This document shows, in pieces, positions 1 through 9,624 of a stretch of DNA of 33,231 nucleotides. A model generated the notes under the pieces. The model saw only the letters and a program-made list of their open reading frames with translations, made no database searches and was not told the DNA's origin. Positions within the stretch are counted from its first letter, which is position 1. Every line of letters starts with the position of its first letter. The stretch is from positions 1 through 33,231 of the IMG/VR virus record IMGVR_UViG_3300020045_002400, one strand, 5' to 3'. Origin of the DNA: a virus (lineage: Duplodnaviria > Caudoviricetes). A program made the translations under genes and the position numbers.

Positions 1-91
1 TTTTTTTATATGCTAAATATAGCAATAAGAATTGACTTTGTGTTATCTTATTTTCACAAATAAAATCTACGTATCTTTCTTCTAGTAACAC

Positions 92-1492
92 TTATATATC
101 GTTTATATTAAAATAATTAGGTTGTGGTCTATAAGATACATCATTAATATCATCAATAAAGATAGGGGAAGTATTATTATTTTCCTGTCTTTTTCTTAGC
201 CATACTTCATCTTGTGTATTTTTAATATAAAGATTAACATTTAGAACAGGGTCATCATTATCTTCTTTTCTACCTATACGAGATTTTCTTTGTGTTTCTT
301 GGTCAACACTGGATGTACCAGATGTAATTATAGAAAATCTTAAATCAGGAACATTAAGTCCTTTATCTAATGATTTAGTAGTGGAAAGTACTTTTATACT
401 ACCACTAATAAGTCCTTCTATAGCTTCTCTTTTTAATCTTACTACACCAAACTTAATAAGTTTACCTCCTTTACCGGGTTTCATAACAGCTTTAAGTTTA
501 GAGTGAAATACTGAATTAGCTATATTAGCATCAGTTAATAATAAACCTATTCTATCAGCAAATTTAGTTGACTCACTAAATACAATTGTTTTAGTATTAG
601 GAAACTTCTTGATTAGTTTAATAGTAGTACGTTGTTTAACTTCTGCATCAGATAATAGTTTCTTTCTTTTATTTACTATTTGTAATAATAAATTAGCATT
701 ACTAATAAAAGCAGAAGGATTATACTTTCTATCTATCTCTTTATGTTCAGGGATATTCATATCAAGTTTATTACTCCAACCTTTTTGTAATGCTAAAGCC
801 ATAGCCCATTGTCCACCTTGGTATTTTTGTCCGTCTTTAGGATTAATACCACCGTAACAAATGTATTCAGCTTTTTTAAGATTACTATCAAATAATGGCA
901 TTAAATTATTAATAAGAGTACTATAATTTTCATAAGTACGTTGTTCATTAGGGTCTAATTCTAATCCTAAATTATACTCAATCATTTCAGCAATAAAACC
1001 TTTAGATTTAGCTTCATATTCAGATAAAGTATCAACTATTTTATAATACTTAAGAACATTCTTAAAATTAGGATGATTTGTAGTACCAGTTAAACCAAGA
1101 AACCCTCTATGTTGTATAATAGATTTATCTAATAAACATTCAGCAGTTTCTGTAGTATATTCGTGTATTTCATCAATAATAAAAAGTCCTACATCACGAT
1201 AAAGTATTTTTTCGTTTATTAATTGACCTTTAGTTTTAACTATAATTCTTTGTTTAAGATTAACAGGAAAAGATTCTATGAGTTTAACCCATTGTTTATA
1301 TATAATATCATTTGGTACTGAAATTACATAAGTAGTTTTCCATCTTTTCTCAAGTCTTTCTATAGCAAGCATAGCTAAAAAGGTTTTACCTGTACCTGGA
1401 TAATGGTCAGCAATACCATTAAAATCATTAGCTTCCCATTTATCTAAAGCTTCATTTTGCCGTTCTAATCGTTTTGGGTCAATTTTCAACAT
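92..1492 (-). CDS. Superfamily 2 (DExH) helicase, UvsW/ResIII-like
   Basis: 466 aa with Q-motif (RQNEAL), Walker A PGTGKT, Walker B IIDEIH, motif III GLTGT, motif V GLNVPDL and motif VI QRKSRIGR. Confidence 0.9.
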   Translation of the reverse strand: MLKIDPKRLERQNEALDKWEANDFNGIADHYPGTGKTFLAMLAIERLEKRWKTTYVISVPNDIIYKQWVKLIESFPVNLKQRIIVKTKGQLINEKILYRDVGLFIIDEIHEYTTETAECLLDKSIIQHRGFLGLTGTTNHPNFKNVLKYYKIVDTLSEYEAKSKGFIAEMIEYNLGLELDPNEQRTYENYSTLINNLMPLFDSNLKKAEYICYGGINPKDGQKYQGGQWAMALALQKGWSNKLDMNIPEHKEIDRKYNPSAFISNANLLLQIVNKRKKLLSDAEVKQRTTIKLIKKFPNTKTIVFSESTKFADRIGLLLTDANIANSVFHSKLKAVMKPGKGGKLIKFGVVRLKREAIEGLISGSIKVLSTTKSLDKGLNVPDLRFSIITSGTSSVDQETQRKSRIGRKEDNDDPVLNVNLYIKNTQDEVWLRKRQENNNTSPIFIDDINDVSYRPQPNYFNINDI

Positions 1493-2108
1493 AATGGTCT
1501 AATTCGTTAATAGGGTAAAAATCACCGTCTTCAAGATATGCAATTACAGCAGTTCTATCATTTAAAGCTACAAATTTAATATCCTTAATAATTCTAGGTT
1601 GAGATTGCAATAAAGCTTTAGTATTAACAATGCTTTTAAATCTAAAGTTAACAATTACTTTATCATCTATCATAAACCTAGTACTAGAATGTTTAATAAC
1701 ATTATAATGTTCAGGATATAAATTAGGTATTACGTCAATAATATCAACTGTAGATTCAGATACATTAATAAAATCATCAAAACAATCTAAATCACTATTT
1801 ATTATCTTACTCATTATATCAAGTATAACAAATACTTTAGGATATATTTCTATTTTCCTATTGGTAGGATAGTCTTTAAGAGTAGTAGCTTTAACAACAG
1901 GAGATTTTCTTGTTGTAGGTTTAGTAATCTTAGGTTTTTTAATAGTAGCTTCTCCTTGTGCATTTGCACTTTCAAGACCTATATCGTTTAAACTCTTTCC
2001 TATGGGCAAAGTTTGTCCAATATCGTCTTGCTTGCCCGTAGTAGAGAGTTTATTCGTGTCTTGTGCAAGAGTCTTAAAATTTCTTTGTTTATCCATTACT
2101 TTACCCAA
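1479..2108 (-). CDS. Hypothetical protein with low-complexity K/T-rich N-terminus
   Basis: 209-aa ORF overlapping both neighbours in the replication operon; its N-terminal coding region carries two copies of the 24-bp motif. Confidence 0.75.
   Translation of the reverse strand: MGKVMDKQRNFKTLAQDTNKLSTTGKQDDIGQTLPIGKSLNDIGLESANAQGEATIKKPKITKPTTRKSPVVKATTLKDYPTNRKIEIYPKVFVILDIMSKIINSDLDCFDDFINVSESTVDIIDVIPNLYPEHYNVIKHSSTRFMIDDKVIVNFRFKSIVNTKALLQSQPRIIKDIKFVALNDRTAVIAYLEDGDFYPINELDHYVEN
1985..2056. repeat. 24-bp motif pair 1 (+ copy 1985-2008, - copy 2033-2056)
   Basis: cgtttaaactctttcctatgggca (+) and cgaataaactctctactacgggca (-); 1988-2008 is identical over 21 nt to 15668-15688. Confidence 0.9.
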
Positions 2109-4417
2109 TGTTGTGCTGTCACATGGTCAGCTTTAATTGTTACATTATGTAAATATCTATTAGCAACAGTTACCATAATATCATTTTTGGCTTCTGCAAT
2201 ATCCTTATAAAATTCACCTTTTTTAAATTTATGAGGTAAAAGTTTAGGGTCTATATTAGGATTAAATTCTAATAGTAAATCATCTTTAACTTTATCTACA
2301 ATTTCATCGTGTACCCACAATAATATTTTAGCTTTAAGTTTACGTTTACGATAGTATGTTCCTAATACTACACTAGCTTCTTTAACAAAATCAGCTTGTG
2401 TACCTTGTATTCTAATATTTCTAGCATCAGATTCATCTTTACTTATTTCTAAAAAATGCGTATCTTTATTTATTTCACCTTTAAGTTGTTTAATAAGATT
2501 AGGAAACCAAGCTCTAGAATTAGTTCTATAATTTAAAATAACGTAACCTTGTGCAATAGCGGCTGCTGTAGCACTTTTAACCATTCTAAATGTATCGGGT
2601 AATTCTTTTTCAATAGTATCTATTACTATCTTACCTTCTTCTTTAGGAATATTAAGGGATATACCTGCTTTCTTAGGATACATTCCATATATTACTCCGA
2701 ATGTCATTTTCTTAAAATCTTTTCTATATCCTGGAGGATCAGTTTTAGTAACAGTAAAATTTTTACCATTTTCTATGAATTTTTCCCATTCAGAATATAA
2801 AGCTTCACGAATACCACCAACAACTTTATTTAATTGTTTATAAATATTACCAGCACGTCGTTTAAATATAGCTCTCCAACAAACAGTAGCCATATAACTA
2901 TGCATATCTATTTTAGATAAACTAATAAGCTTAAAATCTTGAGCGTGAGAAGCCATAACAATTAATTCAGCACCTTCATAATCAGATGTACGTAATTTTT
3001 CACCTTCAGGAGCAATAAAACAACTTCTATATTCAAAAGTAGCAGGAACATTTTGAGATTGAAATTTATCAGGTTCTTTATTACCTCCACCTGATTGCAT
3101 TCTACCTGTAACAGCGTGATTTTGTCTATAAATAGTATGAAGTTTACCTGTAATAGGGTTAATTTTATTAATATAATTAAGACCGTAATTAGTAATTTTA
3201 GTATTAACTTCACTAAAACTATCAAATAAAAGTATAAAATCTTTCATTATAGTATTAGGTTTATCTATTAAATATCTTTCAAAACCAACAGTACTGACTG
3301 TATAATAATTTGAACCATTAACAATTTTTCCTTTATCAGTGATATTAGGTATTGCATATCCATTTTCAATAGGTAAAGGTTGATTGAGTCTACCAAATAT
3401 TCTAATAACTTCAGAAGGAGAGTTATAATCAGGATTTAAATTTCCATCTTCTTTATAATCTTTCTTATTAGTTAAAGCTTTAATAGTAGCAGGTTCACCA
3501 AATAAATCAAATACATTAGTAGTTTTATCACTATTGATTAATATACTTGCTTGTGCAGGACGTCTAATTTCATTATACTTTTTACCTCCTAAAGTTAAAG
3601 CAGGAGATAAACCCTTATAAAGCTCGTGATGTACAATAAAATCTCTTACCTTACGAATTTCTTCATCCATAGCTAATTGTAGTTCAAACTTTTTAGTTTT
3701 ATTAGCATTAAGAATACTAGTCCATTTTTCAATATCAAAATCAATACCTTCATTTTCACTATCAGCTAGTATAGATATTAGAGGAAATTCAATACCATAA
3801 ATAAGAAACTCCATCTTAAATTGTTTAATTCTAGGACGTTGTAATTGTCTTATTTTAAGAGGGTCATTAAGGTCATTAGCTAAATACTTAATATGATGAT
3901 ATTCAATATTAAAAGTTTCAACATTTTTATCTACAAATTCTAATCTAGTATCTTTATCTCTATATTCTTTAAGGTATCTTTTTACAAGTTCACCTAAATT
4001 ATTATATTGATAAAACTTCATATAAAGACGTTGTTCAGCAAGAATAACATCATATACACGAGTTAATAATAAACCATATTTAGCTTGTATAAATTTAATG
4101 TCAAATTTAAGATTAGCACCACATATTACAATTTTGTATTTAATAATATGTTCATATAAAAATGTAAGGTCAATATCATAACCAAATATAAATTGATTAG
4201 ATAATGTACCTATACCTGTTAACATAATATTAGATACATAAGGGTCTAATCCTGTAGTTTCTAAATCCAGTGATTGCATTTTAGATTTACCTATTACATT
4301 ATGGTACATTTTTCTACCATAGGCTTCATCTATAATAACCATATCTTCGAACTCTTTAATAGTAGGATTAAGTCTTTCTCTATAATATTCAGGTTTATTA
4401 GTTACAAAATATATCAT
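2096..4417 (-). CDS. polA: DNA polymerase family A with 3'-5' exonuclease domain
   Basis: ExoI DLETTGL, ExoII NLKFD, ExoIII YLAND; TGRMQS; motif A SDYEGAEL, motif B RKDFKKMTFGVIYG, IQGTQAD and motif C VHDEI. Confidence 0.96.
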   Translation of the reverse strand: MIYFVTNKPEYYRERLNPTIKEFEDMVIIDEAYGRKMYHNVIGKSKMQSLDLETTGLDPYVSNIMLTGIGTLSNQFIFGYDIDLTFLYEHIIKYKIVICGANLKFDIKFIQAKYGLLLTRVYDVILAEQRLYMKFYQYNNLGELVKRYLKEYRDKDTRLEFVDKNVETFNIEYHHIKYLANDLNDPLKIRQLQRPRIKQFKMEFLIYGIEFPLISILADSENEGIDFDIEKWTSILNANKTKKFELQLAMDEEIRKVRDFIVHHELYKGLSPALTLGGKKYNEIRRPAQASILINSDKTTNVFDLFGEPATIKALTNKKDYKEDGNLNPDYNSPSEVIRIFGRLNQPLPIENGYAIPNITDKGKIVNGSNYYTVSTVGFERYLIDKPNTIMKDFILLFDSFSEVNTKITNYGLNYINKINPITGKLHTIYRQNHAVTGRMQSGGGNKEPDKFQSQNVPATFEYRSCFIAPEGEKLRTSDYEGAELIVMASHAQDFKLISLSKIDMHSYMATVCWRAIFKRRAGNIYKQLNKVVGGIREALYSEWEKFIENGKNFTVTKTDPPGYRKDFKKMTFGVIYGMYPKKAGISLNIPKEEGKIVIDTIEKELPDTFRMVKSATAAAIAQGYVILNYRTNSRAWFPNLIKQLKGEINKDTHFLEISKDESDARNIRIQGTQADFVKEASVVLGTYYRKRKLKAKILLWVHDEIVDKVKDDLLLEFNPNIDPKLLPHKFKKGEFYKDIAEAKNDIMVTVANRYLHNVTIKADHVTAQHWVK

Positions 4418-4426
4418 AAGTACGAA

Positions 4427-4741
4427 TTAAAATGGTTGTCCTTCAATAGGATGAATATGTTTCTCTAGTTTATATAAAATATTAGTAACAGTTTTCATTC
4501 TAAGAGTTTGATGATTATTATCAGGGTAATCAAAGTGAAGATTACATAAAGCTTCTAAGAAAGATACTTGTCTAAATTCTATATAAGATATTATTATACT
4601 CATAAGGTAATCAAGAGGTACTTTTTCATATACTATATTAAGGTCTGCTTTGTTATTATTTAAATTACAAAATGCTCTTAAACCTATATAAGTATTAGGA
4701 TACTTAACTTTAATATTAGCAATATAGTCTTTACTTGTCAT
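4427..4741 (-). CDS. Hypothetical protein
   Basis: The ORF track gives 4427..4786 from a non-ATG start; the ATG at 4741 (MTSKDY) overlaps the end of the helicase gene and is the more plausible start. Confidence 0.7.
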   Translation of the reverse strand: MTSKDYIANIKVKYPNTYIGLRAFCNLNNNKADLNIVYEKVPLDYLMSIIISYIEFRQVSFLEALCNLHFDYPDNNHQTLRMKTVTNILYKLEKHIHPIEGQPF

Positions 4742-6104
4742 TATCGTAGAATAATAATGTTTTACTTGTACGAGATGCAGCAACATATAGTAAACTACGT
4801 CTAGTAAAAGGATGATAACACTTTCTAAATGATGGTATATAAATACCTACATTGTTATATGTACTTCCTTGACTTTTATGAGTAGTTTGACAATAACCAT
4901 AATCAAAGTCTTTCTTAGCTACTTTATCATTGTAATTATTGAATACTTCATAGTTAATAAGTAATTTATTTTTAAAGTCATAAAAAGCCTTCCAACTTCT
5001 AAATTGTACACCATTAGTATGACGCATTACAAGTTCAGTTTCAAAATCAACTTTACTATCAGGATGTAACATAGTTAAAATATTACTATTACCAACAACA
5101 CTACATTCATAAACTTTGTAATATTGTTTTAGTACTTTAACATCTTTAATTTGTACATCTTTAATAATATAATCTTCTGAATTTCTAATATGACTAGAGT
5201 AATAAGGTGGAGTATCTGTTTCTTCTCCTACAGTATTATAACCTTTAATTATATCTCCAGGTGCTACTAATTCAATAGAAGGATTAAGTTGTTTTCTTAA
5301 AACTCCATTAACAGCAGTAACTGTAGCATTATCAAAAGCTAATAATTTAGTATCATAAGGGTCATTATGAGCTTCATCACTTCTATAATGTCTAAGTATT
5401 TCATCAACATAAGATTTACCTTTACGTAATAAATAACCTTCTCCTAAATCATTAAATGTATCTTCTATTCTCATTACTTGTGGTAAGAATAAATCTGTAC
5501 CATTAATAACATCTTGAGTAGCAGTATAGATTAATTCATTAACAGGGTTACTATCAGCTTGTCTTACTATTTCAGTAAGGGCAACTTGAGGATATTGAGT
5601 AAATGTAGGACTTATAGCAAAATCTTTCTTATCTTTTTCAACAGGGGGTAATTGGTATCTATCACCAATGAATAATATTTTTACTTTGTATTCTTTAGAA
5701 AGCTTTTTAATTAAGTTATTAATATAACCTCCAATCATAGAACATTCATCAATAATAACTAAGTTATATTTTGATATACGTTCCATACCTTGTGGCATAA
5801 ACATAACATTAGTAGGATCAAAGTCTTCCATATTAACATTAGGTCTTAAACCTAATAAAGCTTGTATTGTTTCTCCGGGGTAACCTGTCATTCTATTAAT
5901 AACAGTTTTAGCTTGATGGGTAGGAGCAGATACTGCTACATTTCTTATTGTACTCTTTCTAATAATTTCTTTAACAATGGTAGATTTACCACTACCAGCA
6001 GGACCAGTAAGAGTAAGTATATCATTACTATCAAGAACATATTTAGAGTTAATAAAATTTCCTACTACTTCAATGGCATTTAATTGTCCATTAGTGAAAA
6101 TCAT
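4731..6104 (-). CDS. Dda/RecD-like superfamily 1B DNA helicase
   Basis: GPAGSGKS, APTHQA, TIQALLGL, IIDECSM, IGDRYQLPPV, LTEIVRQ, TTHKSQGSTY and LLYVAASR. Confidence 0.93.
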   Translation of the reverse strand: MIFTNGQLNAIEVVGNFINSKYVLDSNDILTLTGPAGSGKSTIVKEIIRKSTIRNVAVSAPTHQAKTVINRMTGYPGETIQALLGLRPNVNMEDFDPTNVMFMPQGMERISKYNLVIIDECSMIGGYINNLIKKLSKEYKVKILFIGDRYQLPPVEKDKKDFAISPTFTQYPQVALTEIVRQADSNPVNELIYTATQDVINGTDLFLPQVMRIEDTFNDLGEGYLLRKGKSYVDEILRHYRSDEAHNDPYDTKLLAFDNATVTAVNGVLRKQLNPSIELVAPGDIIKGYNTVGEETDTPPYYSSHIRNSEDYIIKDVQIKDVKVLKQYYKVYECSVVGNSNILTMLHPDSKVDFETELVMRHTNGVQFRSWKAFYDFKNKLLINYEVFNNYNDKVAKKDFDYGYCQTTHKSQGSTYNNVGIYIPSFRKCYHPFTRRSLLYVAASRTSKTLLFYDNDK

Positions 6105-6339
6105 AAATTCTATTTGTTATTAAGTTAATTTCGTCTAAAGGAAAACAAGTAAATCTTAATCTTTGTCTACGTAAGACTTCAGCTTTAAGATTATCTCTTA
6201 TATCTTTCCTACGTCTTTGTACTTGAAAATGTACACGTTTATCTCTACATAAAGCTTCATAATAAATAATAGCATTATCTAAATAAGCTTTAGTCATAGT
6301 TGTTACATCAAGTTCTTTACCTTCTAAATTTATATACAT
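6091..6339 (-). CDS. Hypothetical protein
   Basis: 82-aa ORF, co-oriented with and overlapping the helicase start. Confidence 0.7.
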   Translation of the reverse strand: MYINLEGKELDVTTMTKAYLDNAIIYYEALCRDKRVHFQVQRRRKDIRDNLKAEVLRRQRLRFTCFPLDEINLITNRIYDFH

Positions 6340-6344
6340 ATTAA

Positions 6345-6692
6345 TTAATTTAAAGATATTATAGAAGAAGCTACATTTACATTATGTAAATAATCTAAAA
6401 GTAAATCACTATCTACTTTATTAAAATCTTTATCCAATCCTTCTCTATTTCTAGGTTCAACAATTTGTTTAGCTATTAATGTATATTCAACAGGATTTAT
6501 AGATGCCATATAAAAATAATTATATGGTTTAAGTAGATTATGTAGATATGATAATCTAACAAAATCAGGATAAAATTGTAAATTATTATAAGTATCTATT
6601 CTTTCCCATTTTAATACTAATATAAATAAAGCTTTAAGTATTAAAGAATTTGAATTAGGTAAACGTTCTTGTTGAAAAGTTGTAAAATTCAT
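6345..6692 (-). CDS. Hypothetical protein
   Basis: 115-aa ORF, tightly packed in the operon. Confidence 0.7.
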   Translation of the reverse strand: MNFTTFQQERLPNSNSLILKALFILVLKWERIDTYNNLQFYPDFVRLSYLHNLLKPYNYFYMASINPVEYTLIAKQIVEPRNREGLDKDFNKVDSDLLLDYLHNVNVASSIISLN

Positions 6693-6716
6693 ATTAATAG
6701 TATTAGGATTAAGAAA

Positions 6717-6746
6717 TAAATAGCCTATTATTACATAGACTATTTA
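6717..6746 (-). terminator. Probable intrinsic terminator
   Basis: 12-bp stem taaatagcctat/atagactattta whose single mismatch is G-U on the minus strand; T-rich tail on the minus strand; lies just after the 6755 stop. Confidence 0.6.
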
Positions 6747-6754
6747 ATTTATAA

Positions 6755-7123
6755 TTATTCAGTAATTTGAGGTATTTCATCTTCTATCTTAGCAAAAATA
6801 CTACCTGTATATATTGCAGCAAGTTTAGGCATATCATAGCCTTCAATAGGAAATGTGATAGGATTCATAGCGGAACGAGGAATCATAATAATATCTCCTT
6901 CATTATATTCTACTATAATTTCTTCATTTTTCTGGTTTCTAGCCCAATATTCTCCTGAACTTTTTACTACTTTAGCAAGTAAATAAGGACATCTATCTTT
7001 TTCTCTAGATATAATATCATCAGTTTTAGCAATTGTACCTACGTGGGTATATACTACAGGTTCTAAAATTTCAGCAATAAGTACATTAGGTTCAGTAATG
7101 TTAATTTGTTTTAATTTAAGCAT
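6755..7123 (-). CDS. GroES/Cpn10-like co-chaperonin
   Basis: 122 aa with a GroES-like pattern: AKVVKSSG...EYNEGDIIMIPRSA...IFAKIE. Confidence 0.6.
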   Translation of the reverse strand: MLKLKQINITEPNVLIAEILEPVVYTHVGTIAKTDDIISREKDRCPYLLAKVVKSSGEYWARNQKNEEIIVEYNEGDIIMIPRSAMNPITFPIEGYDMPKLAAIYTGSIFAKIEDEIPQITE

Positions 7124-7157
7124 AATTTTAAGTATTTATTTGTGTTTATAATTATTA

Positions 7158-7871
7158 TTATAAGTTTTGATTTATATAATCATTTATAGTATATTGATTA
7201 CAGTCTATTTTATCCTCTAAATTTCCTCTACCCCTAGCTATTCCCATACTATAAAAATGGTCGGCTATTATATGTAAAGCTTCTCTATTCCAACTATCTT
7301 TTACTTCTTTAATATTAATAGTATTATCATTAGGATTGACTTTGATTATTTGTTTATCATAACCATAAGCATCTTGTTCATCTACGTATTCTTTGCCTTT
7401 ATATTTATACTCAACTATCACATTATTAATAACTTCACCTTTATTATAAGATTCAATATATTTAGTAATGAATTGTTGAGATGGCTGGGGTAATATTATT
7501 CCTCCCCCATCTTTAGATATTGAAGTAGTACTATCATAGGGTAGTTTCAATGAAGTATCTGTAGTAGATATAATCTTTTTAATATAAGATAATATTCTTG
7601 CATCACTTAGGTTATTTTTATTTATAATACCCCCGTAATGATTATCCTTAGTATTAAATACATGGTCACCTTCTTTTATTTCATCATCTGAAATAATATA
7701 TAAATGTTGAGGTATAGCAGTCTTATATTCAACTAAAGTATTAAATACATTTTGTATTAAATGTTCTTTAGTACATAAAAATAAACCTGTAACATTATTT
7801 AAACATATTGTGTTTAAATCTATTTTATCTGTTGGTAACATTAATACCTGTGCTCTTTTAAACTGTTCCAT
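7158..7871 (-). CDS. Hypothetical protein of a type common in Bacteroidota phages
   Basis: 237 aa with QHLYIISDDEIKEGD, KKIISTTD and LPQPSQQFITKYIESYNKG blocks, recognised from memory. Confidence 0.75.
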   Translation of the reverse strand: MEQFKRAQVLMLPTDKIDLNTICLNNVTGLFLCTKEHLIQNVFNTLVEYKTAIPQHLYIISDDEIKEGDHVFNTKDNHYGGIINKNNLSDARILSYIKKIISTTDTSLKLPYDSTTSISKDGGGIILPQPSQQFITKYIESYNKGEVINNVIVEYKYKGKEYVDEQDAYGYDKQIIKVNPNDNTINIKEVKDSWNREALHIIADHFYSMGIARGRGNLEDKIDCNQYTINDYINQNL

Positions 7872-7906
7872 GACTTTGTTTTTAAGATTATTAATTGTTT
7901 ATTTTA

Positions 7907-8034
7907 TTATTATACAAATTAGTTCCCCTCTTGGGTCTGTAGATACTCGGTTATTTTCGTAAGAGATAAACATAAATGGTTATCATAATTGCTATCTATA
8001 AGGACTATGGTGACACCCTTAATTTATATAATAA
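7907..8034 (-). ncRNA. Candidate structured small RNA (stem-closed 128-nt unit)
   Basis: 15-bp closing stem 7907-7921/8020-8034 whose single mismatch is G-U on the minus strand; fills most of the intergenic gap. Confidence 0.4.
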
Positions 8035-8041
8035 GAGATTA

Positions 8042-8362
8042 TTAATCTATATCTATAATACCTTTAGGAAAGTATTCTAGTTTTTCATCATTCCATTGTA
8101 TATCGTGATAATCTGTAAAGAACATACCACCAAAATAATCAACAGCTTTAGTTCTACCCTCTTGTGCATTTTTTGCTTGAAATCTAGCAACAGTATCACA
8201 ATCTAATGTTTTACCATTAACTCTATGAGTATGTATTTGTCCAAATGTAACATAATGATTATATGTTTTTTCTTCTTTAGGTTTACATTTAACACATAAT
8301 CCATCATTATCTTGAAATTCATCAGTGGTAATAGGTTTACCACAATATTCACAATGTGCCAT
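8042..8362 (-). CDS. Hypothetical protein with N-terminal Zn-ribbon
   Basis: CEYC-x14-CVKC followed by a YVTFGQIHTH domain. Confidence 0.8.
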   Translation of the reverse strand: MAHCEYCGKPITTDEFQDNDGLCVKCKPKEEKTYNHYVTFGQIHTHRVNGKTLDCDTVARFQAKNAQEGRTKAVDYFGGMFFTDYHDIQWNDEKLEYFPKGIIDID

Positions 8363-8401
8363 AATATTGTATTTATTTGTTGTTATTGTTGTTGTATTAG
8401 C

Positions 8402-8997
8402 ACCCTTCTTATATCAATACATAAACTTGAGTTAGATTATATATAAGAGTAGGGTCACGTAGTTATTTATAAATCTCTTTATATATTAAATAGGTATATC
8501 GTCCTATATAATAACTACTTGCTGAGAACTCATTTGTGTTGTCAACCATGTTTATAGTTGCTTCTTATGTTTGATTCCTTTCTCACAGGAACAACACATC
8601 TAGGATTACTCCAACCTGCATCATATCATTACGTATTACTACGGTTTAGAATCTGGCATTTAACTAAGTAAATTATATCTTAGCAGTTATACTGTTAATT
8701 CAGTATTAGTATCTTTATGTAAATTATAGATAAGACTATTTGCTTATTTTATACTATAATTTACAAAGGTATTCAATGTTTAACCTATTCTAATCAACAA
8801 TTGGAACGGCAGATTAGTATTTAATATATCCGACTTTAACGGTTTAATTTACATATTAATTTTATACGTATTTTAAGTCTTGATTTACACTACTATAAAC
8901 CTTACTTCAGTTTTATCTATCGTTCAGGGTTATAATATATTAAATTATATGTAAATTGTGTATTGTAGGTCTATATCTACCTACAGATTCACAATTT
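8402..8997 (-). ncRNA. Multi-hairpin, mostly intergenic array; candidate structured RNA(s)
   Basis: Stems at 8402-8455, 8535-8598 (three-way junction), 8718-8765 (12-bp perfect) and 8953-8997. Confidence 0.4.
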
Positions 8998-9110
8998 CTA
9001 TAAATTTTACCTTGTCCTTTTAATATTGCACCATTAGAATCAAGTAAATAACCATTTACAGTTTTTCTATGTTGTTTTTTAAGTTTTTCTGTTGTTTTAA
9101 TTCCAGCCAT
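8940..9110 (-). CDS. Small basic hypothetical protein (56 aa, not in ORF track)
   Basis: MAGIKTTEKLKKQHRKTVNGYLLDSNGAILKGQGKIYRNCESVGRYRPTIHNLHII*; starts 11 nt after the stop of 9122..9451. Confidence 0.6.
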   Translation of the reverse strand: MAGIKTTEKLKKQHRKTVNGYLLDSNGAILKGQGKIYRNCESVGRYRPTIHNLHII

Positions 9111-9121
9111 AATTATAAGTA

Positions 9122-9451
9122 TTAAGTTAATTGTTTAATGAATTGTTCAAGGTATTCTAGTCTTTTGATTTTACGTTCTTTAGTAGTATGTGTATGAAAT
9201 AAAGTTTCTAGTACTTCATCTGTTAATTCAGGGAAAGCTTTACACGTTTCTTGATAAGACCAGTCATTTCCATCCGGTGATGCAGCTATAAATGTATTTA
9301 AATCCCATAATAATACAGGTAATATAATACATAATCCAAATCCTTTTGTTTGAATAGGATTATTTATATATTCTACAGCTTTAATATATACCTCTAATCT
9401 TATTTCTTTAGGTACTTCTTGTTTTAGATTTAATATGTGTGTATTTATCAT
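9122..9451 (-). CDS. Hypothetical protein
   Basis: 109-aa co-oriented ORF with GLC...FPEL pattern. Confidence 0.75.
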   Translation of the reverse strand: MINTHILNLKQEVPKEIRLEVYIKAVEYINNPIQTKGFGLCIILPVLLWDLNTFIAASPDGNDWSYQETCKAFPELTDEVLETLFHTHTTKERKIKRLEYLEQFIKQLT

Positions 9452-9568
9452 TGTGTTATTATGTATTAAATTATTGACTTTTTGACTACATTACTATTGT
9501 TACTTGGTATATTAGTGGTTAAGTGTGTTAGTATATGTAGAAACATATCGTCAGATGTTAGTAGAACC

Positions 9569-9624
9569 TGCCCATAGAGAAAGATTAATTCGAACTTACT
9601 CGTTATCACTCTCTACTATGGGCA
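9569..9624. repeat. 24-bp motif pair 2 (- copy 9569-9592, + copy 9601-9624)
   Basis: cgaattaatctttctctatgggca (-) and cgttatcactctctactatgggca (+), 8 bp apart and intergenic. Confidence 0.9.
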
